Shown here in pieces: positions 55,417 through 64,000 of a stretch of DNA of 64,000 nucleotides; position 1 is the stretch's first letter; every line of letters begins with the position of its first letter. This DNA is from Patescibacteria group bacterium. Lineage in GTDB: Bacteria > Patescibacteriota > Microgenomatia > 0-14-0-10-38-17. The notes beneath the pieces are model-generated. The model saw only the letters and a list, made by a program, of their open reading frames with translations. It did no database searches and was not told where the DNA came from. The translations under genes and the position numbers were made by a program. Location: the NCBI GenBank assembly GCA_050953885.1, contig JBMNNJ010000001.1:74132-138131 (forward strand), read 5' to 3'.

Positions 55417-56565
55417 ATGGAGAAAATTAAGAAAACTTTACTATTTTTTTGTCTTTTCCAGATAATTTTAGTTATAGCTTTTTTTCTTTCAGAAAAATTA
55501 CCGTCACAAAAAGAAACTTATCTGGGACGGGGCTTTGGTGAACAAACGAATAAACCTTTAGTTTGGTCGCGGGCTAATTTTGATGGTTTTCATTATCTTT
55601 CTATCGCCCGTGGTGGTTATGGTTACCTTCAGGAGGCTTTTTTTCCTCTTTTCCCGCTATTGATAAGATTTTTAGCGCCTTTTTTTAAAGGCTATTTAAA
55701 TGCCGGTTTTTTCTTAGTTAATTTTGCTTTTTTGGTAATGATTTACGCTTTTCAGCTTTTAATGGAGATAGGCAAAAAAAAGAATCTTGATCGCTTACTG
55801 CTTCTTTTTCTTTTTTTTCCCACCAGTTTTTATTTTGCCTGCCTTTATAACGAGAGTCTTTTTTTAGCTTTTGTTTTTCTTTCTTTTTTCCAGGCTAAAA
55901 AGGGCAAGTGGCTTTGGGCAGGCATTTTAGCCGCTCTTGCCTCGGCTACCCGTGTGGTGGGGATCTTTATGCTCCCCGCTCTTTTAGTAGAATTTTTAGA
56001 ACAAAACCATTGGTCTTTTAAATCTTTTTTGAAAAAAAAGCATTGGCCAAAATTAGCGGCAATTGGCGTTAGCGTTTTAGGGTTTTTAGCTTATGCGGCT
56101 TATCTTAAAATAAAAACCGGCGACTGGCTCCGCTTTGCCAGCGTTCAGGCGGGATTTGGGGCGCAAAGAACTACTAGCCGTTTAATTCTCTTGCCCCAAG
56201 TTTTTTGGCGCTATTTAAAAATGATTGTTACCGTTGACCCCCATCAATATCTTTATTTCAATGTTTGGCTGGAATTTTTGGTTGCCTTAATGTTTTTGCT
56301 TTTGCTTATTTTGGGCTGGGGGAAAAGAAAAAAATATCAGATTCCTGCCAGCTTTCTCACTTTTGCCAGCTTTGCTTATTTGCTTCCCACCCTAACCGGC
56401 ACTTTTTCTTCCCTACCACGCTATGTTTTAGCTTGCTTTCCCGCTTTTATGGTTTTGGAAAAATTGCTTTCTCAAAAACGGCTTTTTAGGATTTATTTTG
56501 TTTTTAGCATCTTGGGTTTTACTCTTTTGGCCGCCTTTTTTTTCCGCGGCTATTGGGTGGCGTAA
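55417..56565 (+). CDS. GT-C mannosyltransferase-like protein (PIG-V-like)
   Basis: ANFDGFHYLSIA..GY..AFFPLFP, FPTSFY..YNESLF, TRVVG, SLPRY. Confidence 0.85.
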   Translation: MEKIKKTLLFFCLFQIILVIAFFLSEKLPSQKETYLGRGFGEQTNKPLVWSRANFDGFHYLSIARGGYGYLQEAFFPLFPLLIRFLAPFFKGYLNAGFFLVNFAFLVMIYAFQLLMEIGKKKNLDRLLLLFLFFPTSFYFACLYNESLFLAFVFLSFFQAKKGKWLWAGILAALASATRVVGIFMLPALLVEFLEQNHWSFKSFLKKKHWPKLAAIGVSVLGFLAYAAYLKIKTGDWLRFASVQAGFGAQRTTSRLILLPQVFWRYLKMIVTVDPHQYLYFNVWLEFLVALMFLLLLILGWGKRKKYQIPASFLTFASFAYLLPTLTGTFSSLPRYVLACFPAFMVLEKLLSQKRLFRIYFVFSILGFTLLAAFFFRGYWVA

Positions 56566-56728
56566 GAAATGATAAAATAAAGACGAATCATTGTCGCCTT
56601 ACAAAAAATTCATGGTTGATAATATCGTTTTTTTAAAACCTGAAATCTGCCTTATTAACAAAGCCCAAAAATTAAAAGCCAAAAGCACAAGTTAAAATTA
56701 AAAATTTTGGCTTTTAAATTTTTTTATT

Positions 56729-57505
56729 ATGACTCTTTCCGTTGCTTTAGCCACCTATAATGAGGAGAAAAATTTGCCTTCTTGCCTTGAAGCGGTGAAA
56801 GATTGGGTAGAGGAGATTGTTGTTGTTGACGGTTCCTCAACGGACAAAACGCGGGAAATTGCCCAAAAATATGGAGCGCGGGTGATTAAAACCACCAACA
56901 AACCGATTTTCCATATTAACAAGCAAATGGCCATTGACGCCTGCCGCGGCGACTGGATTCTTCAGTTAGACGCTGATGAAATTGTGGAACCGGCCTTGAA
57001 AAAAGAAATTTTGGCCGTAATTAAAAAGGGCAGTGACTTTGACGCTTTTTCCCTACCCCGTAAAAACTTTTTTTTGGGCCGTTGGCTTTCAAAAGGGGGG
57101 CAGTATCCCGACACGGTGATCAGATTTTTCAAAAAAGGTAAGGCCTTTTTGCCCTGCCAATCGGTTCATGAACAAATGATGGTTCCATCGGGAAAAATAG
57201 GCAATCTTTCCGGTCATCTTCTCCATTATCCCTATCCAAGTTTTAATGAATATTTGGTAAAATTTAACCGTTATACCGATTTAACCGCCGCAGAATATCT
57301 TAAAAACCCAAAAATAAAACCAAATTTTTGGTATTATTTAAAATCGGAAGCGCAAGGAACAGGGGCATTTTTAGCCCGCTACCTACGCCACAAAGGCTTT
57401 GTTGATGGCTTTGCGGGTTTTGTTTTCGCTCTTTTTTCAGGTCTTCATTATCCGGTGGCGTTTATTAAGTATTGGGAAAAAAGATATGAAAGAAAAAAAG
57501 ACTAA
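56729..57505 (+). CDS. GT2 glycosyltransferase
   Basis: TYNEE, DGSSTD, LDADE, GGQYPD, VHE, NRYT. Confidence 0.9.
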   Translation: MTLSVALATYNEEKNLPSCLEAVKDWVEEIVVVDGSSTDKTREIAQKYGARVIKTTNKPIFHINKQMAIDACRGDWILQLDADEIVEPALKKEILAVIKKGSDFDAFSLPRKNFFLGRWLSKGGQYPDTVIRFFKKGKAFLPCQSVHEQMMVPSGKIGNLSGHLLHYPYPSFNEYLVKFNRYTDLTAAEYLKNPKIKPNFWYYLKSEAQGTGAFLARYLRHKGFVDGFAGFVFALFSGLHYPVAFIKYWEKRYERKKD

Positions 57506-59225
57506 AAAAGCCGTCCCCTCTTGGTTTATCTTATTAATAATTTTAGCGGTGGCCGGTTTTTTCCGTTTTGTTGGTTTAGATCAAATACCACCGGGAATTA
57601 ATGTCGATGAAAGCGCGATTGGCTATAACGCTTACTCAATTAAAGAAGCAGGTATTGACGAATGGGGCAAGAAATATCCCACCGTTTTTTTATCCTATGG
57701 CGACAGTAAGCCGCCGGGGTTAATTTATGCAGTGGCGCTTTTGCTTAACTTTTTTCCTCCCTCGGTAATGGTGGTTCGTCTGCCATCGGCAATTGCCGGT
57801 TTTTTGGCTATTATAGGCATTTATTTTTTAGTCAAAGAATTTTTTCCAAAAGATAAGCTTTTGCCTCTTTTGGGAGCGGCAATTTTTGCCTTTTCCCCCG
57901 TGTTTTTCCAAGTTAGTCGCTTTTTTTACGAAAGTAACGTGGCCAATACTTTTTTTATTTTCGGCTTGCTTTTTCTTTTAAGGTCTATCAATGAAAAGAA
58001 AATTCCTAAAGGGAACAAAAATATTATTTTGGCAATTATTTTTTTGGGGTTATCCGGTTACTTTTATATTGCCCACCGCGTTATTTCTTTGGCGGTCTTC
58101 TTTTTAACAATCTTGTTTTTTCTTCTCAAAAAGAGCATTTCTTTTAAGAAAGGCTGCCTTTTAGCACTTCTTTATCTTCTTTTAACCCTGCCTATTTTTT
58201 GGCAATTTTTTACCGGTTCGGGGCTTAAAAGGTTAAGCCAAGAAGGGGAATTAGTTAATTTTGGCGCGGAGTTAACGATTAATGAAAGAAGGGGTCTTTG
58301 TTACTTATCAAGCAATAAAAATCCAATAATAACGAAGGCTTGTTATCTTTTTTGGAATAAGCCGCTCTCAAGAATTCAAAGCACGGCCGCTTCGTTTTTA
58401 AAACATTTTTCGATTGATTTTTTATTTGTTGAGGGGACTAATAGTGTTGATCGGTCAGTTTCCGGCTATGGGCCATTTCTATTTATCTTTATTCCTTTTT
58501 ATTTAGTTGGCCTTTTTATTTTAGTTTGGCAATCAATTAATGATCGTCGTAAACTGGCTCTTCTTGTCCTTGCCGGAGCGGTTATTGCTTCTCTCCCGAG
58601 CGTTGCTTCCTCCCAACCGACAGAACATCGCGCCCTGCCGTTTTTTATTTTCATTTTTCTTATTGTTCTTTTTGGGCTGAAATTTTTTTTCTCGCTTTTT
58701 GAAAAAAAGGGGAAATTTTTAGTTTTTCTTGCTTTAATTTTAATTTTTCTTTTTAGCACTACTCGTTATTTAACCGACTACTTTTTGATTCATACTAAGA
58801 ATAACGATTCTTTGTTTCGTCCCGATATCCCGGTGGTAATGGCTTATATTGCTGAAAGAGAACAAAATTACGACCGAGTCCTTTTTAATGATTATCGGGA
58901 GGATGCTCTTTTGGCTTTAGCCTTTTTAAATCAATTTGATCCTACTTATTTTGTTCAGAATGTCAAAAGAAGCGATCCAAATCAATATGGTTGGACTTTT
59001 CCAATTAAGCTGGGTAAATATGAACGAGGAAATTTTGATATTAACCAACTTTTAGCTGATTATGATTTTAAAGAGGACGGTCGGATCCTTCTTGTAACTA
59101 CTCCTCTTTCTCAAAAAAATTATTATCAAGCCGCTTCTTTAAGAATTTTCGATCGTCATCAGGTTCATTGTCTCACGGAAATTTATGACATTGGGGAGTT
59201 GAAGAAAACATTAGAAAAAGAGTAA
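57486..59225 (+). CDS. GT-C membrane glycosyltransferase (paralog of 53718)
   Basis: IPPG..VDE..GYNAYSI..G.DEWG, GDSKPP, RLPSA, SR..YE. Confidence 0.85.
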   Translation: MKEKKTKKAVPSWFILLIILAVAGFFRFVGLDQIPPGINVDESAIGYNAYSIKEAGIDEWGKKYPTVFLSYGDSKPPGLIYAVALLLNFFPPSVMVVRLPSAIAGFLAIIGIYFLVKEFFPKDKLLPLLGAAIFAFSPVFFQVSRFFYESNVANTFFIFGLLFLLRSINEKKIPKGNKNIILAIIFLGLSGYFYIAHRVISLAVFFLTILFFLLKKSISFKKGCLLALLYLLLTLPIFWQFFTGSGLKRLSQEGELVNFGAELTINERRGLCYLSSNKNPIITKACYLFWNKPLSRIQSTAASFLKHFSIDFLFVEGTNSVDRSVSGYGPFLFIFIPFYLVGLFILVWQSINDRRKLALLVLAGAVIASLPSVASSQPTEHRALPFFIFIFLIVLFGLKFFFSLFEKKGKFLVFLALILIFLFSTTRYLTDYFLIHTKNNDSLFRPDIPVVMAYIAEREQNYDRVLFNDYREDALLALAFLNQFDPTYFVQNVKRSDPNQYGWTFPIKLGKYERGNFDINQLLADYDFKEDGRILLVTTPLSQKNYYQAASLRIFDRHQVHCLTEIYDIGELKKTLEKE

Positions 59226-59245
59226 GTTAGAAAACCTTTCTTAAA

Positions 59246-60349
59246 ATGGGAAAAATTAAAGTGGGGATTGATATTTCTCCTCTTAAAAATGCCAACCGTT
59301 TTCGAGGGGTAGGTTTTTATACAAAGAATTTAGTGGAATCGTTACAGAGTCTAATAAAAGAAAACAAAAAATACTCAAATTGGCAAATAAACTTAATTGA
59401 AAATTGGAAATTGGAAATTGGAAATTTTGATTTGTTTCATTACCCTTATTTTGATATTTTTTTTCCTACTCTTCCCAAAAAAAAGAATATCCCCACAGTG
59501 GTGACGGTTCATGACTTAACGCCCTTGGTTTTTCCCGAGCATTACCCGGCGGGAGTACGAGGGAAAATTAATTGGTTGCGGCAAAAAAGAAACCTAAAAA
59601 AAACCGAGGCAATTATCACCGATTCCCAAAAATCAAAGCAGGACATTGTTAAAATTGTCGGTTATCCTGAAAAGAGGGTTCATGTGGTCTACTTAGCCCC
59701 TTCTTTTGACCCTAAAAAATTTAAAACTGAAAATTTAAAATTGAAAATTAAACAAAAGTATCATCTTCCTGATAATTTTGTTTTGTATGTGGGTGATGTT
59801 AATTGGAATAAAAATCTCCCCGGTTTGGTGAAAGCTTGCCGAAAAATAGGTATTCCTTTGGTGATTGTGGGTAAGCAGGCGGTGAGCAAAGATTATGACC
59901 AAACCCATCCGGAAAATCAGGGCTTGGTTTGGTTGCAAAGGGAAGCAGAAAAATCTAAATTGCTAAAACGCGATCACTCTAAGTCTCTGCTTTTATTAGG
60001 CTTTGTTGAGGAAGAAGACTTGGCGGCTTTATATAATTTAGCCACTCTTTATTGCCAGCCTTCATTTTATGAAGGCTTTGGCATGCCGGTGGTGGAAGCC
60101 ATGGCCGGCGGTTGCCCGGTGGTTTGCTCTAATCAAGGATCGTTACCAGAAATTGGCGGCCAAGCAGTTGCTTATTTTGATCCTTATAAGAAAGGCAATT
60201 TGGAAAAAGTTTTAAAAAAGGTTTGGGAAGATAAAAATTTAAGGCAAGAACTTGCCCAAAAAGGCTTAGCCCAAGCCAAAAAATTTTCCTGGCCAAAATG
60301 CGCCCAAGAAACACTTAATGTTTATCAGAAGATTTTAGATAATTCATAA
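59246..60349 (+). CDS. GT4 glycosyltransferase
   Basis: RGVGFY, TVHDL, ITDS, YVGD..KN, YEGFGMPVVEAM, FSW. Confidence 0.92.
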   Translation: MGKIKVGIDISPLKNANRFRGVGFYTKNLVESLQSLIKENKKYSNWQINLIENWKLEIGNFDLFHYPYFDIFFPTLPKKKNIPTVVTVHDLTPLVFPEHYPAGVRGKINWLRQKRNLKKTEAIITDSQKSKQDIVKIVGYPEKRVHVVYLAPSFDPKKFKTENLKLKIKQKYHLPDNFVLYVGDVNWNKNLPGLVKACRKIGIPLVIVGKQAVSKDYDQTHPENQGLVWLQREAEKSKLLKRDHSKSLLLLGFVEEEDLAALYNLATLYCQPSFYEGFGMPVVEAMAGGCPVVCSNQGSLPEIGGQAVAYFDPYKKGNLEKVLKKVWEDKNLRQELAQKGLAQAKKFSWPKCAQETLNVYQKILDNS

Positions 60350-60371
60350 GGCTGTTGCCCCTATATTTTAA

Positions 60372-62117
60372 ATGAAAAAGGAAACATTTTTTTTAAAAAC
60401 CAAAAAAATTCTTCCTGTCATCTTAATTTTGCTTTTAGGAGCTTATTGTTCGAAAGGCCTTTTTACTTATCATTTTTTTAGCACTCATGACGGCGACCAT
60501 CATCTTGCTCGTAGTTATGATGCCGTAAAGACGCTTTCGGAAGGACATTTTCCGCTTCGTTGGGCGGGTAGTTTAAATTATTTCTGCGGGATTCCTATTT
60601 TTAATTTTTTCTACCCCCTTTTTTACTATTTAATTTTTCTGGTTAATCTTTTAGTTGGCGATATTATTTTCTCGCTAAAAATCGTTTATGTTTTAAGCTT
60701 TACGCTTGCTCCTTTGTTTTTTTATCTTTGGCTAAAGAGGGAGACTAAGAACCCCATCGCCTCACTTTTAGGGGCGATACTTTATCTTTTTGTTCCCTAT
60801 CGTTTCTTGCTTGTTTTTGTTCGCTCCAGTCCCGAATTTATGGCTTATACGATTTTACCGGTTTTTTTATATCTTTTAAGTATTTTCTTTGAAAAAATTA
60901 AGAAAAAAGAAAGAAACGCTGCTTACCTTTTTGGCTTTTTAACTTCTCTTTCGGGAGCGGCTTTAATTACCGCTCATCAATTAATAGCCTTTTTGCTCTT
61001 TCCGATTATTTTTTTATGGTTTGTAATAAAAACTTGGCAAACAAAAGTTTACAAGCAAAAAGTTAATTTTTTATGGCTTATTTTTTTAACGGCGGTATCT
61101 ATTGTTGGCTTGAGCGCTTTTTTTTGGGGACCGGTTTTTTTAGAAAAAGGGGAAGTTAAAATCGGAGAGTTGGAGGTTATTAGCTACTGGCAACATTTTC
61201 CTTCTTTAAAACAATTAATTCATTCCCCCTGGGGTTACTTTTATTCCGCTCCCGGTGTTGAAAATGATGGCATGTCTTTTTCCTTAGGTTATGCACAATG
61301 GGCGGTTTTGGGGTTGTCGGGAATTTGGTTGGTAATTAAGGCGGTAAAAACAGGACTTCTTAAAACAATGAGAGAAAATTTTGGAGTGCTATTTTTCTTT
61401 TTAATCTCTGTTTTCGCTCTTTTTCTGATGCTTGAACAATCTAGGTTTGTTTGGGAGCTATTTGTTTTATTGCAAGAAGTTCAGTTTCCTTGGCGTTTTT
61501 TGGGAGTAACCTCTTTTACTATTGCTGCCTTAGGGGGGTTTTGGTTAACACAGATTGGCAACAAAAAAATTGTTTATGCTTTGGCAATATTAATTTCTTT
61601 TTTGGCAATCTATGGTAATCGCAACCATCTTCTCCCCCAACCCTTAGCAGAACCAGAAAGATACGAAGATTTTGAGAGGCTACATCCCCATCGGTATAGC
61701 ACGACTACTCTTGGAGATGATATTCTTAATAGAGAAGCCGAAAAGGCATGTTATTTTGGTGACCCTTTTCTTTTAGTTAATAAAGAAAAAATTGAAAATA
61801 AACTTAATCGGGGCAATACTTTTGGAGAGGTTTACTTTAAATGGCCCCAGCAAGAAGCAAGTGCAACAATTAATCTTAATTTAGAATACTTTCCCGGGAT
61901 CTATAAAATTAAGATCAATGGAGAAGAAATAAAAAAAATCAGCAATTTTTCAGGAAGAATAGCTTTAGAAGAGATTTCTTTAAAAGAAGGGGAAAATGTT
62001 ATTAGCTGGCAAATCGTCCAGTCGCCAATTGAGCGGTTTTTTAATGGTGTTAGCTTGGGTTTTTTAGTCCTTTGGTTGATTTTAATACCAATCTATGAAA
62101 TTAAAAGGAAAGCTTAA
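60372..62117 (+). CDS. GT-C-fold membrane protein (PTPS-related family), paralog 3
   Basis: STHDGDHHLAR, PLRWA, P.FNFFYPL, HFPSL.QLI.SPWG, VQFPWRFLG, YFPG. Confidence 0.8.
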   Translation: MKKETFFLKTKKILPVILILLLGAYCSKGLFTYHFFSTHDGDHHLARSYDAVKTLSEGHFPLRWAGSLNYFCGIPIFNFFYPLFYYLIFLVNLLVGDIIFSLKIVYVLSFTLAPLFFYLWLKRETKNPIASLLGAILYLFVPYRFLLVFVRSSPEFMAYTILPVFLYLLSIFFEKIKKKERNAAYLFGFLTSLSGAALITAHQLIAFLLFPIIFLWFVIKTWQTKVYKQKVNFLWLIFLTAVSIVGLSAFFWGPVFLEKGEVKIGELEVISYWQHFPSLKQLIHSPWGYFYSAPGVENDGMSFSLGYAQWAVLGLSGIWLVIKAVKTGLLKTMRENFGVLFFFLISVFALFLMLEQSRFVWELFVLLQEVQFPWRFLGVTSFTIAALGGFWLTQIGNKKIVYALAILISFLAIYGNRNHLLPQPLAEPERYEDFERLHPHRYSTTTLGDDILNREAEKACYFGDPFLLVNKEKIENKLNRGNTFGEVYFKWPQQEASATINLNLEYFPGIYKIKINGEEIKKISNFSGRIALEEISLKEGENVISWQIVQSPIERFFNGVSLGFLVLWLILIPIYEIKRKA

Positions 62118-63459
62118 TTGGTCTTGCCTAACTTTGTTGGCAGTTTTGGTTATTTTTCTTTTTCTTCGTTTTTACCAACTGCCCCAACGAACCATTTTTA
62201 ATTGGGATCAGGAAAGGGATGCTTTTGAAGTGCAAAAAATTCTTTCTGGCGACCCAAGCCTTATCGGCCCGCGTGTTTTGGGGCCGCAAGGGTTTTTCTT
62301 AGGCCCTTATTTTTACTATCTTTTAGCGCCATTTTATTTCCTCACCGGCGGCCACCCCCAAGCGATTGTTTATTTCCTAATCGTCTTGAACCTTGTTTTT
62401 TTCTTGGCCGCCTATTTGATTGTTAAAAAAATCTGGGGAGAAAAAACCGCCCTAATCTTTCTTTTTCTTTGGACGATTAATCCGGCGGCAATAGAAACGG
62501 TGGCCTGGAATCCGACCCTAATCCCCTTAATGATTATTTTAATCTGGTTTACCCTTTCTCAAAAAAGTTATTTTTGGTTGGGCTTAAGCCTTTCTTTGGC
62601 GATTAATTTCCATTTTCAGGCAGTTTTTTTGGCGCCTTTTATTTTACTTTTTTTGTTTTGGCAAAGAGAGCTTTCGGGAAAAAATTTAGGCAAAGCGGCG
62701 TTGGGATTTTTTTTACCCTTTATTCCCTTGCTTCTTTTTGACTTACGACATAACTTCTTAAATTTTAAGCTTTTGGGGCAGTTTATAAAAGAGCGAGGCG
62801 AGGGGGGCAATTTTTTGGCTTGGCGGCCGGTGCTGGCTAATTTTTTAACTGGCTTTTGGGGGGAGGAAAAAATTTGGCTCCCCTTGACTTTAGCGCTTGT
62901 TCTTTTAACCCTGTGGCTTGTTAAAAAGCAAAAAAATTATTTTTCCAAAAACTTTCTTAAAAGTCTTCTTTTTCTTTACCCCATTGTTTTGTTGGGTTTT
63001 AGCATTTATGGCCAAAGACCGTCGGAATATTATTTTAATTTTCTTTTACCCTTTTTTATTTTAGTTTTGGCCTTATTTATCAGCTCTTTTGGCAAATTAA
63101 AACGGCTGTTTTTTTTGCTTCTTTTTATTCTTCTCTGGTTGCCAAAAACGATGGAAAAAACCGTTCCTGTTTCGGTTAGTTTGTTGGCGAAAGACAAAGC
63201 AATTGCTTATTTGGTAGAAAAAAACGGGAAAATACCGGCGGAAGTTCGCTATCAAACTCCTTTAGGCGAGGAAGCAGGTTTTTCCTATTTGCTAAATTAC
63301 TACGGCTTGGAAAAAGCGACCGAAGGAGAAAGAAAAATCTGGCTGGTAAGCATTCCGCCGGCAGAAGAAAGCCAAGCTTTTGGTGGAGTGGGAGTAAAAT
63401 TAATAGGAGAGGAAAAAAATTTGCTTATTAACAACGATTCTGAATCAAGTTCAGAATGA
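62095..63459 (+). CDS. GT-C membrane glycosyltransferase (paralog of 35962)
   Basis: LRFY..FNWDQERD..GP..GPYFYY, AWNP, NFH, FDLRH. The C-terminus is read from a CGTC REP. Confidence 0.85.
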   Translation: MKLKGKLNWSCLTLLAVLVIFLFLRFYQLPQRTIFNWDQERDAFEVQKILSGDPSLIGPRVLGPQGFFLGPYFYYLLAPFYFLTGGHPQAIVYFLIVLNLVFFLAAYLIVKKIWGEKTALIFLFLWTINPAAIETVAWNPTLIPLMIILIWFTLSQKSYFWLGLSLSLAINFHFQAVFLAPFILLFLFWQRELSGKNLGKAALGFFLPFIPLLLFDLRHNFLNFKLLGQFIKERGEGGNFLAWRPVLANFLTGFWGEEKIWLPLTLALVLLTLWLVKKQKNYFSKNFLKSLLFLYPIVLLGFSIYGQRPSEYYFNFLLPFFILVLALFISSFGKLKRLFFLLLFILLWLPKTMEKTVPVSVSLLAKDKAIAYLVEKNGKIPAEVRYQTPLGEEAGFSYLLNYYGLEKATEGERKIWLVSIPPAEESQAFGGVGVKLIGEEKNLLINNDSESSSE

Positions 63460-63540
63460 CTGTAACCGCAGTCGTCATTCTAACGATCCGCTCGCTGGCG
63501 GACAGAATCTGTTTTGATTCTGAATCAAATTCAGAATAAC
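63434..63540. repeat. CGTC-tagged REP cluster with a degenerate 16-bp palindrome (63487-63502)
   Basis: GATTCTGAATCAAGTTCAGAATGAC, and CGTCATTCTAACGA-TCCGCTCGCTGGCGGA-CAGAATC. Confidence 0.85.
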
Positions 63541-63594
63541 GCTCTGGCATATTTTATTTTTTTACGGGTTTCTTTGTATTTCTGTCTCAAGTAT

Positions 63595-63857
63595 CAATTT
63601 AGCAATTTTGCTTTTAAGATAGCGCTTTTAAAAGTGTAATTCTGCAACTTGAGGGATTACTACCTGTTATTTTAAAACTTAAGAGGCTCAAATATGATAG
63701 ATTTAAATATGACAAATTTTTAAGCGATCGCCTAAAAATTTGTCATAGCGGGGTTGATGATAACGTTAACGTTAAGCCTTTAGTTCCAAACTTGGTAATT
63801 TATAGTTCCAAATTTGGCAATTTAGCAATTTTGTTTTTAAGATGACGCTTTTAAAAG
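63595..63857. repeat. 40-bp direct repeat pair (63595-63634 and 63818-63857) plus a 22-bp tandem
   Basis: CAATTTAGCAATTTTG(C/T)TTTTAAGAT(AG/GA)CGCTTTTAAAAG, 37/40 identical. TAGTTCCAAA(C/T)TTGG(T/C)AATTTA occurs twice from 63781. Confidence 0.8.
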
Positions 63858-64000
63858 ACGAGTTAGTCCATTTAAGTTTTTGCTTTTTTTCCGCCTTGTT
63901 TTTTTATTTCCTTTTTGGTTCTTTTTGGTTTTTCCCGCTTTGCCTTCTTTTGGGGTTTCTTATTGATGTTGATCACTTAGTTGATTATTTTTATTGCTTT

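Noticed and set aside
63541-64000. possible replication origin
   Set aside because: No TTATCCACA-type DnaA boxes seen and no dnaA in the window.
1-64000. alternative genetic code 25 (TGA=Gly)
   Set aside because: Long genes are intact under code 11, serS and ftsE end in TGA, and RF2 is present.

Overview
A 64-kb bacterial chromosomal window using genetic code 11. Gene content, scarce Shine-Dalgarno sites, a minimal TsaB and an expanded set of GT-C glycosyltransferases suggest Patescibacteria/CPR, probably Microgenomates (inference). The left third is housekeeping: partial lon, tRNA-Glu(CTC), greA, lysS, an HD hydrolase, serS, an MtaB-AlkD-like fusion, secA, prfB, ftsEX plus a coiled-coil protein with a circularly permuted M23 domain, surface proteins, tsaE and tsaB. 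From about 21.7 kb to the end is a large surface-glycan locus: rfbABCD, ugd, two polyprenol-P-sugar synthases, a Wzx flippase, many GT2/GT4 enzymes, about 11 GT-C-type membrane transferases and a PAP2 phosphatase/polyprenol-kinase fusion. It is interrupted by rtcB, a YkuK-like gene, trmD and a HIT gene. I found no transposase, integrase, reverse transcriptase, CRISPR array or rRNA. The most striking signal is non-coding. Most larger intergenic gaps hold nested families of tiny repeats: GTAG- and CGTC-tagged REPs, 7/8/9-11-nt periodic fold-back elements, and a 16-bp palindrome TCCGCCAGCTGGCGGA in 13 copies. The palindrome shows filled and empty sites, marks junctions between unrelated repeat families, and several of these repeats are read in-frame inside genes including secA and trmD. 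All protein calls come from motif recognition by eye, not database searches.
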